From the NCBI GenBank assembly GCA_012690745.1, contig GCA_012690745.1_4086.1: a stretch of DNA of 64,000 nt, one strand, 5' to 3'. The DNA is from a phage. Below are positions 1 through 11,466 of the stretch, piece after piece. Under the pieces are notes generated by a model. That model was not told the origin of the DNA. It did no database searches and saw only the letters and a list, made by a program, of their open reading frames with translations. The first letter of the stretch is position 1. Every line of letters begins with the position of its first letter. The translations under genes were made by a program, and so were the position numbers.

Positions 1-213
1 TAGAAGATTGTCGGTATAATTGAAAAATACGAAGTATACACAAATGGAAAATGGTCTATATCAGTAAACTATATTGACCACACTAAACGAAAAAGATACT
101 TATATTGTGTTAATATTAATTGGTTCCCTGTTGATGACACTTTAGTTAATTAAAAATATACTTCCAGATAGATAAATAATATAAAGATGTCATTCCATAA
201 TAGGAGAATATAA

Positions 214-900
214 ATGGCTACAATGCTTGATCGATATGGCGTACCGCTCGCTGGCGGTGGTCGTATCTCTATGAAACAACCAAAAGCAAAATACAAATTT
301 CGTGTTATTTTCTTTGGTTTTGGTACTAATGATGATGGTAATATGATTACACTAGACACCAATACAGTTGGGGCAGTATCTGTATCACATGAAAACGTCA
401 CTGTTCATAGTTACAACAGTTCTGCACACTACAAAGGGAAATACACTTGGGATACAATTGATGTTGCTTTCCGTGACTCTGTAGGTAATGCTTCTGCTAA
501 AGCACTATACAACCAAATGCGTAAAGAATTTAACTACTACAGTCAAGAATCTCGCATGACAGATTCACAATTTAAATTTGAAATGTGGATTCAAGAGCTT
601 GATGGTTCTAATAGTGAAAATACAACAAACTTGTTTGAAGGAACATTGAGTACTTGGGTATGTCAAGGTTGCTTTATTGAATCCAGCAACTTTGGTGATT
701 GGGATTATTCCTCAAGTGAAGCACAAGTTATTTCAATGACTGTTCAACCAGATGGTTGTGCTAAATTGGGTCCAAACGGCGAAGCGTTCGGTGATGAAGT
801 TAGTGGCTTCGGTAATCCATCAACTGCTACCTCTATTTCTGGTGCACAAACTAATATTAGTAGTACTACTCTACCAGACAGTAACTTCTACGAAAATTAA
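214..900 (+). CDS. hypothetical protein, paralog 1 of a duplicated pair (possibly virion/tail-tube-family; unverified)
   Basis: 228-aa ORF; ATG at 214 preceded by AGGAGA (203-208). Shares the N-terminal motif KYGVPL..G...SM.QPKAKYKFRVI and the internal RDSVGNASAKAL with the next ORF. Structural assignment is a guess from motif pattern only. Confidence 0.55.
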   Translation: MATMLDRYGVPLAGGGRISMKQPKAKYKFRVIFFGFGTNDDGNMITLDTNTVGAVSVSHENVTVHSYNSSAHYKGKYTWDTIDVAFRDSVGNASAKALYNQMRKEFNYYSQESRMTDSQFKFEMWIQELDGSNSENTTNLFEGTLSTWVCQGCFIESSNFGDWDYSSSEAQVISMTVQPDGCAKLGPNGEAFGDEVSGFGNPSTATSISGAQTNISSTTLPDSNFYEN

Positions 901-994
901 TTTTATTTAAACTTAATATATAGCCTCGAATCTATTCGGGGCTTTTTTTATGCTAAATAAAGTATAATGCCTTATAAAATAAAAAGAGGTTGCT

Positions 995-1771
995 ATGGCA
1001 AATAACATGATTAATAAATATGGCGTTCCTTTACCATCGGGGCGTAATCGTTCAATGCTACAACCGAAAGCAAAATACAAGTTTCGTGTTATTGTGTATA
1101 ATTTCGGTACTGATATAGATGAACGTGATCACATCGCATTAGATGTTGATAAAATTGATAGACCTACTGTAACATTTAGTACTCATAAACTATATCAATT
1201 TACTACTAATACTTCCTATATAGGTAGTCATGATTGGGAACCAATTACTATATCTATACGTGATTCAGTTGGAAATGCATCAGCAAAAGCATTATCACGC
1301 CAACTACAAAAACAACTTGACTTTCAACGCAGAATAACTTCAAGAAATGACCAAGATTATGGTTCTTATAAATTTGGTTTAGTTATACAGATGTTGAGTG
1401 GTCGTAACTCAGATGATACACTAGAAAATCTAGGAAGAGATACACTAGTAGATGCTGCAACTGCTGCAACAAATAATGCTGGCTTAGTAAATGCAGTAGA
1501 TCAATTTATTGGTGGTTCTTCTTATAACAGTGCTGGTGTTATGGAATACTTTGTTTTAACCGGATGTGTTATTCAAAACATATCATACGATTCATTAGAC
1601 TATAGTTCAAGTTCTCCAGTTGAAATGGTAGTGACTATCAAACCAGATAATTGTATACAATTTGATAACATTGAAGAAATGTATAGTACCAGAATTAATT
1701 CACTTTTACCTGAAAATGTCAATCAAGGTTTAGATATCATTGATCGTGTTTTTGGTAGTGTAGGATTTTAA
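995..1771 (+). CDS. hypothetical protein, paralog 2 of the duplicated pair
   Basis: 258-aa ORF; RBS AAGAGG upstream of ATG 995. Clear paralogy with 214-900 (same N-terminal and RDSVGNASAKAL motifs). Confidence 0.55.
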   Translation: MANNMINKYGVPLPSGRNRSMLQPKAKYKFRVIVYNFGTDIDERDHIALDVDKIDRPTVTFSTHKLYQFTTNTSYIGSHDWEPITISIRDSVGNASAKALSRQLQKQLDFQRRITSRNDQDYGSYKFGLVIQMLSGRNSDDTLENLGRDTLVDAATAATNNAGLVNAVDQFIGGSSYNSAGVMEYFVLTGCVIQNISYDSLDYSSSSPVEMVVTIKPDNCIQFDNIEEMYSTRINSLLPENVNQGLDIIDRVFGSVGF

Positions 1772-1782
1772 GGAGATAATGA

Positions 1783-3890
<2,108 letters not shown>

Positions 3891-3917
3891 CTTAAACGAC
3901 CTTATGGAGTTATTAAA

Positions 3918-4454
3918 ATGAATAGATTACAACAAATCCTAACTGAAAAGAAACCAGTTTATGAATACCGAGTTAAGTTTGCAGTTGAACCAACACCTGA
4001 GCAACTTAGTAAAGTAACACAGCGACTAATGGATCGCTATGATGCGTTTGAAATTGGAGCACTAAAGAAAACAATTTTTATGGAAAAACCATTAGATTTC
4101 TATGAATTAGATTGTGGTGAAATTTGGATGTTTGACTTTAAATGTCATCGTGGCGTTCAATCAAATGTACTAATGTATGAAATTGGCAATTTACTAAGCA
4201 TGACAGAAGCATTGATTCGTGTTCGTAGTAAAGATGAACCTCGTCAAATTGAAATGACTGATTTGGAAGATGATATCGATTTTGATGATGTTGATGAACC
4301 AGTTATTGGAGTGGATTTTGGTAAACCAGAAGACAGTTATGACTTAGCTGGACAACAACGTGCAAACACTGCCGTTGATGATGCAATTGAAGCATCGAAA
4401 AAAGACAATAAATACTCTCAATATATGAGTGCTGGTTTTGGTAAAAAGGATTAA
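3918..4454 (+). CDS. hypothetical protein
   Basis: 178-aa ORF, ATG at 3918, tightly packed with neighbours; acidic C-terminal half. Confidence 0.5.
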   Translation: MNRLQQILTEKKPVYEYRVKFAVEPTPEQLSKVTQRLMDRYDAFEIGALKKTIFMEKPLDFYELDCGEIWMFDFKCHRGVQSNVLMYEIGNLLSMTEALIRVRSKDEPRQIEMTDLEDDIDFDDVDEPVIGVDFGKPEDSYDLAGQQRANTAVDDAIEASKKDNKYSQYMSAGFGKKD

Positions 4455-4457
4455 CAC

Positions 4458-5000
4458 ATGAGTATACTTAATGAAATGTTAGATTATGAAGACAATGAGT
4501 TAAATGAAGCTCGTCCTTATAGTCGTTCACAAAGTGCAGTTGATAGTGCAAAAGGAAAAGTAAAAGGCTTTTTTGGTAGTGGACAGATTGAACAAGGTGC
4601 ACAAGAAGTTGGTGCTGAAGCCAACCGCTTATGGGCAGAGTTTAAACGTTATGTTGGACGTAAATATGGTAAAGCTCAACCATCAGTACCTTACGCTGAT
4701 GTGGCACAGTTTTTTAAAGGTAACAATCTTGATATTAAACATTTAGGGAACAATCCTCGTCGTTCTTTTACACCAAAAGATGTAGGTACTGCTCTATTAA
4801 ATGCTGCTCGTGATATAATGAATGACTACCGTGACCAACAAGGTGGCGAAGAAAGTTCAGAATCACAACCATCACAATCGACCTCAACTGAGCAACCAGC
4901 ACAACAAGAACAACCAAAAGCACAAGGTTCCAGTATCCCTGATGCTCTACAAAAATTAAGTCCAGAGCAACGCGACCAACTGTTACGTATGCTTTCTTAA
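4458..5000 (+). CDS. hypothetical protein with low-complexity Q/E/S-rich C-terminus
   Basis: 180-aa ORF starting 4 nt after the previous stop. Confidence 0.5.
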   Translation: MSILNEMLDYEDNELNEARPYSRSQSAVDSAKGKVKGFFGSGQIEQGAQEVGAEANRLWAEFKRYVGRKYGKAQPSVPYADVAQFFKGNNLDIKHLGNNPRRSFTPKDVGTALLNAARDIMNDYRDQQGGEESSESQPSQSTSTEQPAQQEQPKAQGSSIPDALQKLSPEQRDQLLRMLS

Positions 5001-5013
5001 GGAGAATCAACAC

Positions 5014-6531
5014 ATGGATAATTTTTTCAGTACTGAAACTACCACAGTTCCTAATGGATATGTATATACGTCACATACTGGTGCAAAATATGTATTTCTT
5101 GAAGGATTCTGGTTCAATGACAATAATATGTTAATGGTAGACCCTAGAAAATACCCATCCATGTACGCAAGTGCTCGACAACAGATTGTCGAGCACAATC
5201 TAGCTTCAAATGAATATAAGATTGGTAACAAATATATTGTTGAAGGTAAAGAGTGTACATTTATTGGTGAAAACCGTTTCAATTCAAAAGATGGAATTCT
5301 ATTAACTGAAAGTGAATTCATCACTGAATTAATGGCAGATGATCATCGAGTATATAATGTTTCTAAAGAAACACTACAAAAAGAATGGAATGCATTAAAA
5401 TTTTACATTCTTCCACCATATGCTGATGATATATCAATTCCAGCAGGTATGGAAGTAAGTGGTTTTAAATTTGTGCCAAAGAATCACCGTTTTGTTGATA
5501 TGAAATCAGGACGAGCAGTTGATCCAGCAATGACCCGTAAACTATCAGATGAAGGTATGCGTATTGCTCGTCAGTTAGCTTCTAAAAATAAACTAATTCC
5601 AATCAAATCAACCTTAGTTCAAGGCAATACACGTTGTGAGTGGAATGGTAAAGAATTTTGTGATAATGATGGTAATGTAGTAATTCCAGAACAAAATGCA
5701 CATGCAATTATTAATGCATATCAGCAATTTGTTAAGAATAACCCAAGTGATTTTCCTACATTAACGGGTGAACAAGAACATAGTGAGCAACGTTTTGGTT
5801 CAGGTGAAAAGCCACATAAAGCTTCACACCCTGCTAAACAGCCAGTATTTGCAACTAAAGAATCAATTAATGAAGCAGATGAAGAAATTGAAGAATTTGA
5901 AAGCATTACTGTTCCTGACGGTTATAGAATGACTTCTTCTAAAGGAAAAACATACGCTAAGAAAAATAACTTGTGGTATGATATCGAAAGTAAAAAGCAA
6001 CTTAACACAAGTGCTTCTAAAAGTGTTGAACGAGCAGCACAGCGTGATATTTTCCGTCATAACAATTCCGGTGCTATGAAAATCGGTACAAAAGTTAAAT
6101 CCAAACAAGGCAAAGAATATTCGTATGTTGGTGGTGACAGATTCATTAGTGCTGATGGTAAGTTTATACCAAAAGCAACTGCTGCTAAATTACTTGCCAA
6201 ATATGAACAAGATAAAGAAGTTAAAAGTGATGAAACACCTGAAGTAGACTCTGGTACTGAGCAAATTCAATCAAAAGAAGAACCTAAGAAAGAACCAGAA
6301 TCTGAACAAAAACCAGACGAAGTTTCTGAACCAGAAACTAAATCTGAAACAATTGCTGGTGATGATGTACAATCATTAGCTTCTAAAATTAAAGAGTCAC
6401 CTTATGCTAAAAAAATCACAGTACTACTAACTCGTGGTGATGAGGTTTCTCTACTTGCTGCTGACATTTTACTTTCAGGTAAAAAGGATGAAACAGTGCA
6501 AATTTTAAAATCATTAAATAATAATGATTGA
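5014..6531 (+). CDS. hypothetical protein with internal repeats and a lysine/glutamate-rich C-terminal region
   Basis: 505-aa ORF; RBS AAGGAGA upstream. Repeated short module VPNGYVYTSHTGAKYVF / VPDGYRMTSSKGKTYAK / KSKQGKEYSYVGGDRFISADGKF. Confidence 0.55.
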   Translation: MDNFFSTETTTVPNGYVYTSHTGAKYVFLEGFWFNDNNMLMVDPRKYPSMYASARQQIVEHNLASNEYKIGNKYIVEGKECTFIGENRFNSKDGILLTESEFITELMADDHRVYNVSKETLQKEWNALKFYILPPYADDISIPAGMEVSGFKFVPKNHRFVDMKSGRAVDPAMTRKLSDEGMRIARQLASKNKLIPIKSTLVQGNTRCEWNGKEFCDNDGNVVIPEQNAHAIINAYQQFVKNNPSDFPTLTGEQEHSEQRFGSGEKPHKASHPAKQPVFATKESINEADEEIEEFESITVPDGYRMTSSKGKTYAKKNNLWYDIESKKQLNTSASKSVERAAQRDIFRHNNSGAMKIGTKVKSKQGKEYSYVGGDRFISADGKFIPKATAAKLLAKYEQDKEVKSDETPEVDSGTEQIQSKEEPKKEPESEQKPDEVSEPETKSETIAGDDVQSLASKIKESPYAKKITVLLTRGDEVSLLAADILLSGKKDETVQILKSLNNND

Positions 6532-6553
6532 TAACTAAAAGGATTTATTTAAA

Positions 6554-7534
6554 ATGGCTAAAAAAATTAATGAAGCACAAGTTAAAATCGATATCGCAGG
6601 TTTAGAATCTGATGATTTGGAAACTCTATCACGTATGTTAGCTCTTGCTGGTCAAGCTGAACGTCAAGACCCAGTAGTTGCCGCTCCAGTACCATCTATG
6701 GGGTCTATGACTCCATCTCTTCCACCTATTGCTCCACTAGATCTCGATTCTATTGGTGCTGAAGAAGAAATTGGTGGAATTGAAACTTCAGTTGAAGACC
6801 CACTAGCAGCGGCAGTTGATGATCTTTCCGCTGATGTTGGTGATTTTGGTGCTGACACAGATGAAGTTAGTATGGATGCTGAATTTTCAGAACCAGGTGT
6901 AGAAGGTGAAGAAGATTTTTCTCTTGACCTTAGTGGTCAACCTCAACTAGAATCAGTTGAAGAAGACGATGAGGAAGAAGAAGAAATTATTGAAGAAGAA
7001 TTCGATTTTAGTCGTATGCTATCTCTTGCTGGTATTAACGAAGAAGAAGACGAAGATTTTTCAGTAGAGGGTAATCCTGCTACCGATAAAGAAATGAAAG
7101 ATACCCAATTTCTACCAGATCTAAGTATCTCTGAAGATGAAGAACCATCTAACAGTACTGATTATGGTCCATATGATACAGAAGCTGATGCCGTTCGTGA
7201 TGGTCAACTAAAGACTAATGGTGTTGAAGGTGACCATTTTGTTGTAATTGCAAAAGGCAATCAATTTTATTGGAGACGTGTTGTAGATGAAGATCTTGAC
7301 AATCGTCCAGAACCTGAGTATTATGATAATGAAGGGAACGAAAATCGTGTTCATAAATTTGAACCAAAATTCCCAGGCACTGCATTAGGAGATAACCCAC
7401 TAAATGTTAATGAAAGTGAAGAAGATGATTCACCTGAAGGTAACATTGACTTGGAAGATGATTCTGATGAAGAAGTAGAAGATATTTTTGAAAGTCTCCA
7501 AGAAAAATACAAGAAATTTTTAGGAGACAAATAA
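6554..7534 (+). CDS. highly acidic protein (Asp/Glu-rich; candidate DNA-mimic or virion internal protein)
   Basis: 326-aa ORF with long D/E runs (EEDDEEEEEIIEEEFDF) and a duplicated motif SRMLALAGQAE / SRMLSLAGINEE. Confidence 0.55.
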   Translation: MAKKINEAQVKIDIAGLESDDLETLSRMLALAGQAERQDPVVAAPVPSMGSMTPSLPPIAPLDLDSIGAEEEIGGIETSVEDPLAAAVDDLSADVGDFGADTDEVSMDAEFSEPGVEGEEDFSLDLSGQPQLESVEEDDEEEEEIIEEEFDFSRMLSLAGINEEEDEDFSVEGNPATDKEMKDTQFLPDLSISEDEEPSNSTDYGPYDTEADAVRDGQLKTNGVEGDHFVVIAKGNQFYWRRVVDEDLDNRPEPEYYDNEGNENRVHKFEPKFPGTALGDNPLNVNESEEDDSPEGNIDLEDDSDEEVEDIFESLQEKYKKFLGDK

Positions 7535-7535
7535 T

Positions 7536-7931
7536 ATGCAATATAATTATCGTGAACTAGTTGAAGCGTTAGACGAAATTACCGGAAGAGATGAAGACGA
7601 AAGTTTTTCAGTTGAAGTTGAATCCGATGTTGTAGCAGTTGATGTTCTTAAGGATATTACCAAATGTCTTATTGATATTGTTGATAAGATTAAATCTGGT
7701 GAAGACCAAAAAGAAATTGTAGATAAACTACAAAAAGCCTGTGACATTTTGTCTGACATTCGATATAATGATGAAAGTACTGAAGTTGCTGATGAAGAAG
7801 TGTTGGAAGCCATTGCAGGTTGTTTTGGAACTGAAGGTATGGGACCAACAATTGACAAAGAAGGCGTACAACACTATAATGAGCCTGGTGCACCATCATA
7901 TGCTGCACGTCAAGGTTTTGTTGGAGACTAA
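7536..7931 (+). CDS. small acidic hypothetical protein
   Basis: 131-aa ORF, ATG 2 nt after the upstream stop; net strongly acidic. Confidence 0.5.
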   Translation: MQYNYRELVEALDEITGRDEDESFSVEVESDVVAVDVLKDITKCLIDIVDKIKSGEDQKEIVDKLQKACDILSDIRYNDESTEVADEEVLEAIAGCFGTEGMGPTIDKEGVQHYNEPGAPSYAARQGFVGD

Positions 7932-7934
7932 TAT

Positions 7935-8315
7935 ATGTTTCCAGAACCATCACATAACAGTACTGAATATCAAAATAATGTACTTTCCAAAGTTAGGGAA
8001 GTACATGAATCAGATTCAGAAATAACAGACCGTATGCTTCTGATGTCAATTTTTGAAAATTTCAGAACTGGCGGTGGTTTACGTCTTAGCAAGTTTGGGT
8101 ATGGAATTTGTAAAGAAAATAATCTTTATGAATTTACAAAAATCCCCTTGCAAAGAGAATTTAAAAGTTCTATAATGTTTACATCACTTGACAGAATATG
8201 TACTTCACCTTATTATGTTGAAGGTCAGTACATATATCTGACAGATGCAATGATAATAACTGAATTAACATTGTGTTGTGACGATTTTAAACAGTTATTT
8301 TCTATTCATATGTAA
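7935..8315 (+). CDS. hypothetical protein
   Basis: 126-aa ORF, last gene before the promoter-rich intergenic region. Confidence 0.4.
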   Translation: MFPEPSHNSTEYQNNVLSKVREVHESDSEITDRMLLMSIFENFRTGGGLRLSKFGYGICKENNLYEFTKIPLQREFKSSIMFTSLDRICTSPYYVEGQYIYLTDAMIITELTLCCDDFKQLFSIHM

Positions 8316-8339
8316 GAAAAAATGAATTAAAAATAAATG

Positions 8340-8367
8340 TTGACAAGATAGAATGATGTGATACAAT
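8340..8367 (+). promoter_or_regulatory. sigma70-like early promoter P1 (TTGACA - 16 nt - TACAAT with upstream TGTGA)
   Basis: ttgacaAGATAGAATGATGTGAtacaat; the same architecture recurs at four other sites. Confidence 0.6.
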
Positions 8368-8432
8368 AAGCATCAGACATAAAGTTTTCAAGCGACACAA
8401 GATGTGAGTTTGAAAAAAAAGAAAAAAAGTGA

Positions 8433-8460
8433 TTGACAAGTTGAAACGATGTGATATAAT
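8433..8460 (+). promoter_or_regulatory. sigma70-like early promoter P2 (TTGACA - 16 nt - TATAAT)
   Basis: ttgacaAGTTGAAACGATGTGAtataat, about 170 nt upstream of the AAA+ ATPase gene. Confidence 0.7.
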
Positions 8461-8521
8461 GTTCACATCAAGACAGCAAAGAGATTTACCTTTTAAACAC
8501 ACGGATGATTCATGAAGTAAC

Positions 8522-8562
8522 AAAGGAACTGATAAGTTAAATTATTTTAACACAGTTCCTTT
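8522..8562 (+). other. 5'-UTR hairpin (10-bp stem, 21-nt loop) between promoters and the AAA+ gene
   Basis: AAAGGAACTG (8522-8531) pairs with CAGTTCCTTT (8553-8562); followed by a T-rich stretch. Possible attenuator or processing site. Confidence 0.35.
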
Positions 8563-8629
8563 ACTTTTGCCCACGGATTGGCTATAATAGAAACTTAAAC
8601 GATTTTATCCAACAAAAGGAAATATATAC

Positions 8630-9955
8630 ATGACTACTCAAAACGATATCCTGAACGTTAAACTGACTCCAAAGAAAGCTAAAGAAGCAATGGCACTAGC
8701 TGACATGATTCAAGATAGCCTGATGATTTGGGGTAGCCCAGGTATCGGTAAGTCTGCAATCGCTCGTCAATACGCTGATGAAAATTACCCACTGCGTAAA
8801 GATAACGTAGCTAAAATCGAGTTCATGAAACAACAAATCGAAGCTGACCCTGAAAATGCTGATCAGCTACGCCGTGAACTGGCTGCATTTGAAGCAAAAC
8901 TAATCGACCAAGATACTAACTTTATCGATTTCCGTTTGTCTCAAATCGAACCAAGTGACCTTCGCGGTATTCCAGTACCAGAGAAGCTTTTCCGTAAAAC
9001 TGACGGTTCTCTTCTGAAAGAATCTGAGCTTGCCGAAGCAAAAGATTATGTAGCTGAAACTGCGGTAGTATGGGCTGCACCTAAAGTTCTGAAATTGTCC
9101 GAAGATTGGAAAGGTGTTATTCTGTTTGACGAAATTAACTCTGCAATGCCTATTGTTCAGGCAGCGTCTTATCAGCTAATCCTCGACCGTTGTGTTGGTG
9201 AGATGAAGCTACCTAAGACTGCACTGATTCTTGCAGCAGGTAACCGTGAAACTGATGGCGGTGTAACTTTCTCTCTTGCTACACCACTGCGTGACCGTAT
9301 GACTCACATTGAGATGATTCCTTATCATCAAGATTGGATTAACGATTATGCGATTGCAAAACGTTTGAACCCAGCAACTGTTGCGTTCATCAACAACACT
9401 GGTTCTAAGTACTTTAACACACTTAGTCCACAAGATCCTTCTCACAGTGGTGGTACTTCTCCACGTTCATGGGAAGCAGTAGCACGCTACGAAGATCTCA
9501 AGAAAACTAAGACAATTGATAAAGAAGTGTTCCGTGCAATGATTGCTGGTCGTGTTGGTGAAGGTGTTGCAACTGAATACATTGAGTACGTTGAGAACGT
9601 TGCTAAACTACCAGATACTATGTCTATTCTGTCTGGTGAAATCAAAGAAATCGACGCAACGCTGGATATTTCTGCGAACTACTTTATCACTCTGAACTTG
9701 GTTTATAAAATTATCGACCTGTTCAATGAGAAGCAAGAACAACGTCTACCAGTGGAAGAATGGGGTAAACTGTGTAACAACTTCATCACCTTCCTAGACC
9801 ATAACTTCTCTGCAACTCAAGCAGAACTGGCAGTACTGGCAATTCGTACCATCACGCTTCATAAGGTTGCGATTTCCATTAAAGATGTACCAGCGTTTAA
9901 AGATTTCATCGCTAAGTACTCTGAACTTGTACGTAAAGCACGCTCTCTTGGCTAA
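8630..9955 (+). CDS. AAA+ ATPase, MoxR/CobS-like (AAA_5-type)
   Basis: 441 aa. Walker A GSPGIGKS, Walker B VILFDEIN, downstream LILAAGNRE sensor-like segment. Strong RBS AAAGGAAA. Codon usage is GC-richer (CTG, CGT) than the structural genes. Confidence 0.8.
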   Translation: MTTQNDILNVKLTPKKAKEAMALADMIQDSLMIWGSPGIGKSAIARQYADENYPLRKDNVAKIEFMKQQIEADPENADQLRRELAAFEAKLIDQDTNFIDFRLSQIEPSDLRGIPVPEKLFRKTDGSLLKESELAEAKDYVAETAVVWAAPKVLKLSEDWKGVILFDEINSAMPIVQAASYQLILDRCVGEMKLPKTALILAAGNRETDGGVTFSLATPLRDRMTHIEMIPYHQDWINDYAIAKRLNPATVAFINNTGSKYFNTLSPQDPSHSGGTSPRSWEAVARYEDLKKTKTIDKEVFRAMIAGRVGEGVATEYIEYVENVAKLPDTMSILSGEIKEIDATLDISANYFITLNLVYKIIDLFNEKQEQRLPVEEWGKLCNNFITFLDHNFSATQAELAVLAIRTITLHKVAISIKDVPAFKDFIAKYSELVRKARSLG

Positions 9956-9976
9956 TTAACAAAGAGTTGTTGACAA

Positions 9977-10008
9977 GAAGGATGCCTAATGGTATCCTTC
10001 TTTTATCT
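9977..10008 (+). terminator. intrinsic terminator after the AAA+ ATPase gene
   Basis: GAAGGATGCC...GGTATCCTTC stem (one G-U) followed by TTTTATCTT. Confidence 0.55.
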
Positions 10009-10029
10009 TAACTAAACGAGGAAATATAC

Positions 10030-11454
10030 ATGTCAGATAACAAATCTACTTCCAGATTCAATGAAGTATCTCCGGCACTCCAGAAAGAATGTCAAGAACG
10101 TCTGGTTCTGGCTCGTACATCTTTGATGTTAACTGCACCATTCTTTGGTGTACTCGCTTCACGTTTACGTCCAGTTCCTAATAATACATGGTGTCGTACT
10201 CTAGCAGTGGATGGTAAACATCTATTCTACAACGTAGAATTTGTAATGGGCATTCAAGACCCATCTAAAAAGAAAGAATATGAAGAAGCTATTCGTGAAA
10301 AGCACCCTGAAGTTACAGACGAACAATTAAAAGAAATGACTGAAGGTTTGACTGATGAAAACCTTGTTGCTGTAATTTGTCATGAAATTCTACACTGTGC
10401 TTACGATCACTTCCTTCGTCGTGGTATGCGTGATCCACAACGTTATAACCGTGCAGCGGATTATGCCATTAACCAAATCATCGTTCGTGAGAAAATTGGG
10501 AAAATCCAAAGTTCATGGTTGTATGATAAAAAATATGAAGGCATGACCGCAGAAGAGATTTACATTCTTCTTGAAGAAGAAGAACAAAAAGAAGATGGTG
10601 AAGGTGAAGGTCAACCACAAAGTGGTGGCGGTGAAGGTGAAGGTAAAAATCGCGGTACTTTTGGCGATATTAAAGATGGTAAGGGTAAACCAAAAGGTAC
10701 TACCATTGACCAGCATGACGTTCCACAAGAAGGTCAAGAAGGTGGTTCAAGTGAACAGCAAAAACGTGATTATATGGATGATTTCAAAACAGCAATGATG
10801 AATGCTGCACGTGCAGGTGGTACACCAGCAGAAATCGCTCGTATGATTAACAACTTTAAAGAACCAAAGATTGACTGGCGTTCAAAACTTCAACGTACAC
10901 TTCGTAGTTGGTTGAAGTCTGATGCAACATATCAAAATCCGAATCGTCGTTCTTGGGGTGCAGGTTTTGGTTCTAATGGTTCATTCTATGGTAATCCAAT
11001 TTACCCAGGGATGAAACCAGATGATGACATTGATATTGCGATTGCACTAGATGCTTCTGGATCTATTTCTGAAGATATGCTTCGTGATTTCATTAGTGAA
11101 GTTCTAGGTATCACTAAACAATTCAAACAGTTTAAGATTCGTATCATGACTTTTGATACTGAAGTTTATACTGTAAAGGATTACAAAACTGGCGAAGAAC
11201 GTAAGATTCTGGAATATCCAGTAAAAGGTGGTGGTGGTACTGACTTTGAAGCAGTATGGGTTCATATGAAGAACGACAACTACAAGCCTAAACAGCTTGT
11301 AATGTTTACAGATGGTGAACCGTGGCAGTCGTGGGGTGATCCAAACTACTGTAAAACACTGTTCGTGATTCACAGTAACCCAAATAAAGTTGCACCATTT
11401 GGTGAGACTGTACACTACGAATATGAAGCTGATAAAAAGCGTCAACGTAGTTAA
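10030..11454 (+). CDS. VWA-domain protein with N-terminal HExxH putative metallopeptidase domain (DUF2201-like, CobT/ViaA-like partner of the AAA+ ATPase)
   Basis: 474 aa. HEILH zinc-binding motif in the N-terminal domain; E/G-rich disordered linker; C-terminal MIDAS-like DASGS motif (IAIALDASGSIS) typical of von Willebrand A domains. Confidence 0.7.
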   Translation: MSDNKSTSRFNEVSPALQKECQERLVLARTSLMLTAPFFGVLASRLRPVPNNTWCRTLAVDGKHLFYNVEFVMGIQDPSKKKEYEEAIREKHPEVTDEQLKEMTEGLTDENLVAVICHEILHCAYDHFLRRGMRDPQRYNRAADYAINQIIVREKIGKIQSSWLYDKKYEGMTAEEIYILLEEEEQKEDGEGEGQPQSGGGEGEGKNRGTFGDIKDGKGKPKGTTIDQHDVPQEGQEGGSSEQQKRDYMDDFKTAMMNAARAGGTPAEIARMINNFKEPKIDWRSKLQRTLRSWLKSDATYQNPNRRSWGAGFGSNGSFYGNPIYPGMKPDDDIDIAIALDASGSISEDMLRDFISEVLGITKQFKQFKIRIMTFDTEVYTVKDYKTGEERKILEYPVKGGGGTDFEAVWVHMKNDNYKPKQLVMFTDGEPWQSWGDPNYCKTLFVIHSNPNKVAPFGETVHYEYEADKKRQRS

Positions 11455-11466
11455 GTACTAAATAAT

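Noticed and set aside
150-401. Minus-strand 83-aa ORF overlapping the start of the first plus-strand gene
   Set aside because: It overlaps a plus-strand gene that has a good RBS and a paralog, and has no start context of its own.
9970-9975. TTGACA hexamer that looked like another early promoter
   Set aside because: No acceptable -10 element follows at 16-18 nt; the hexamer overlaps the stem of the terminator hairpin after the AAA+ gene.
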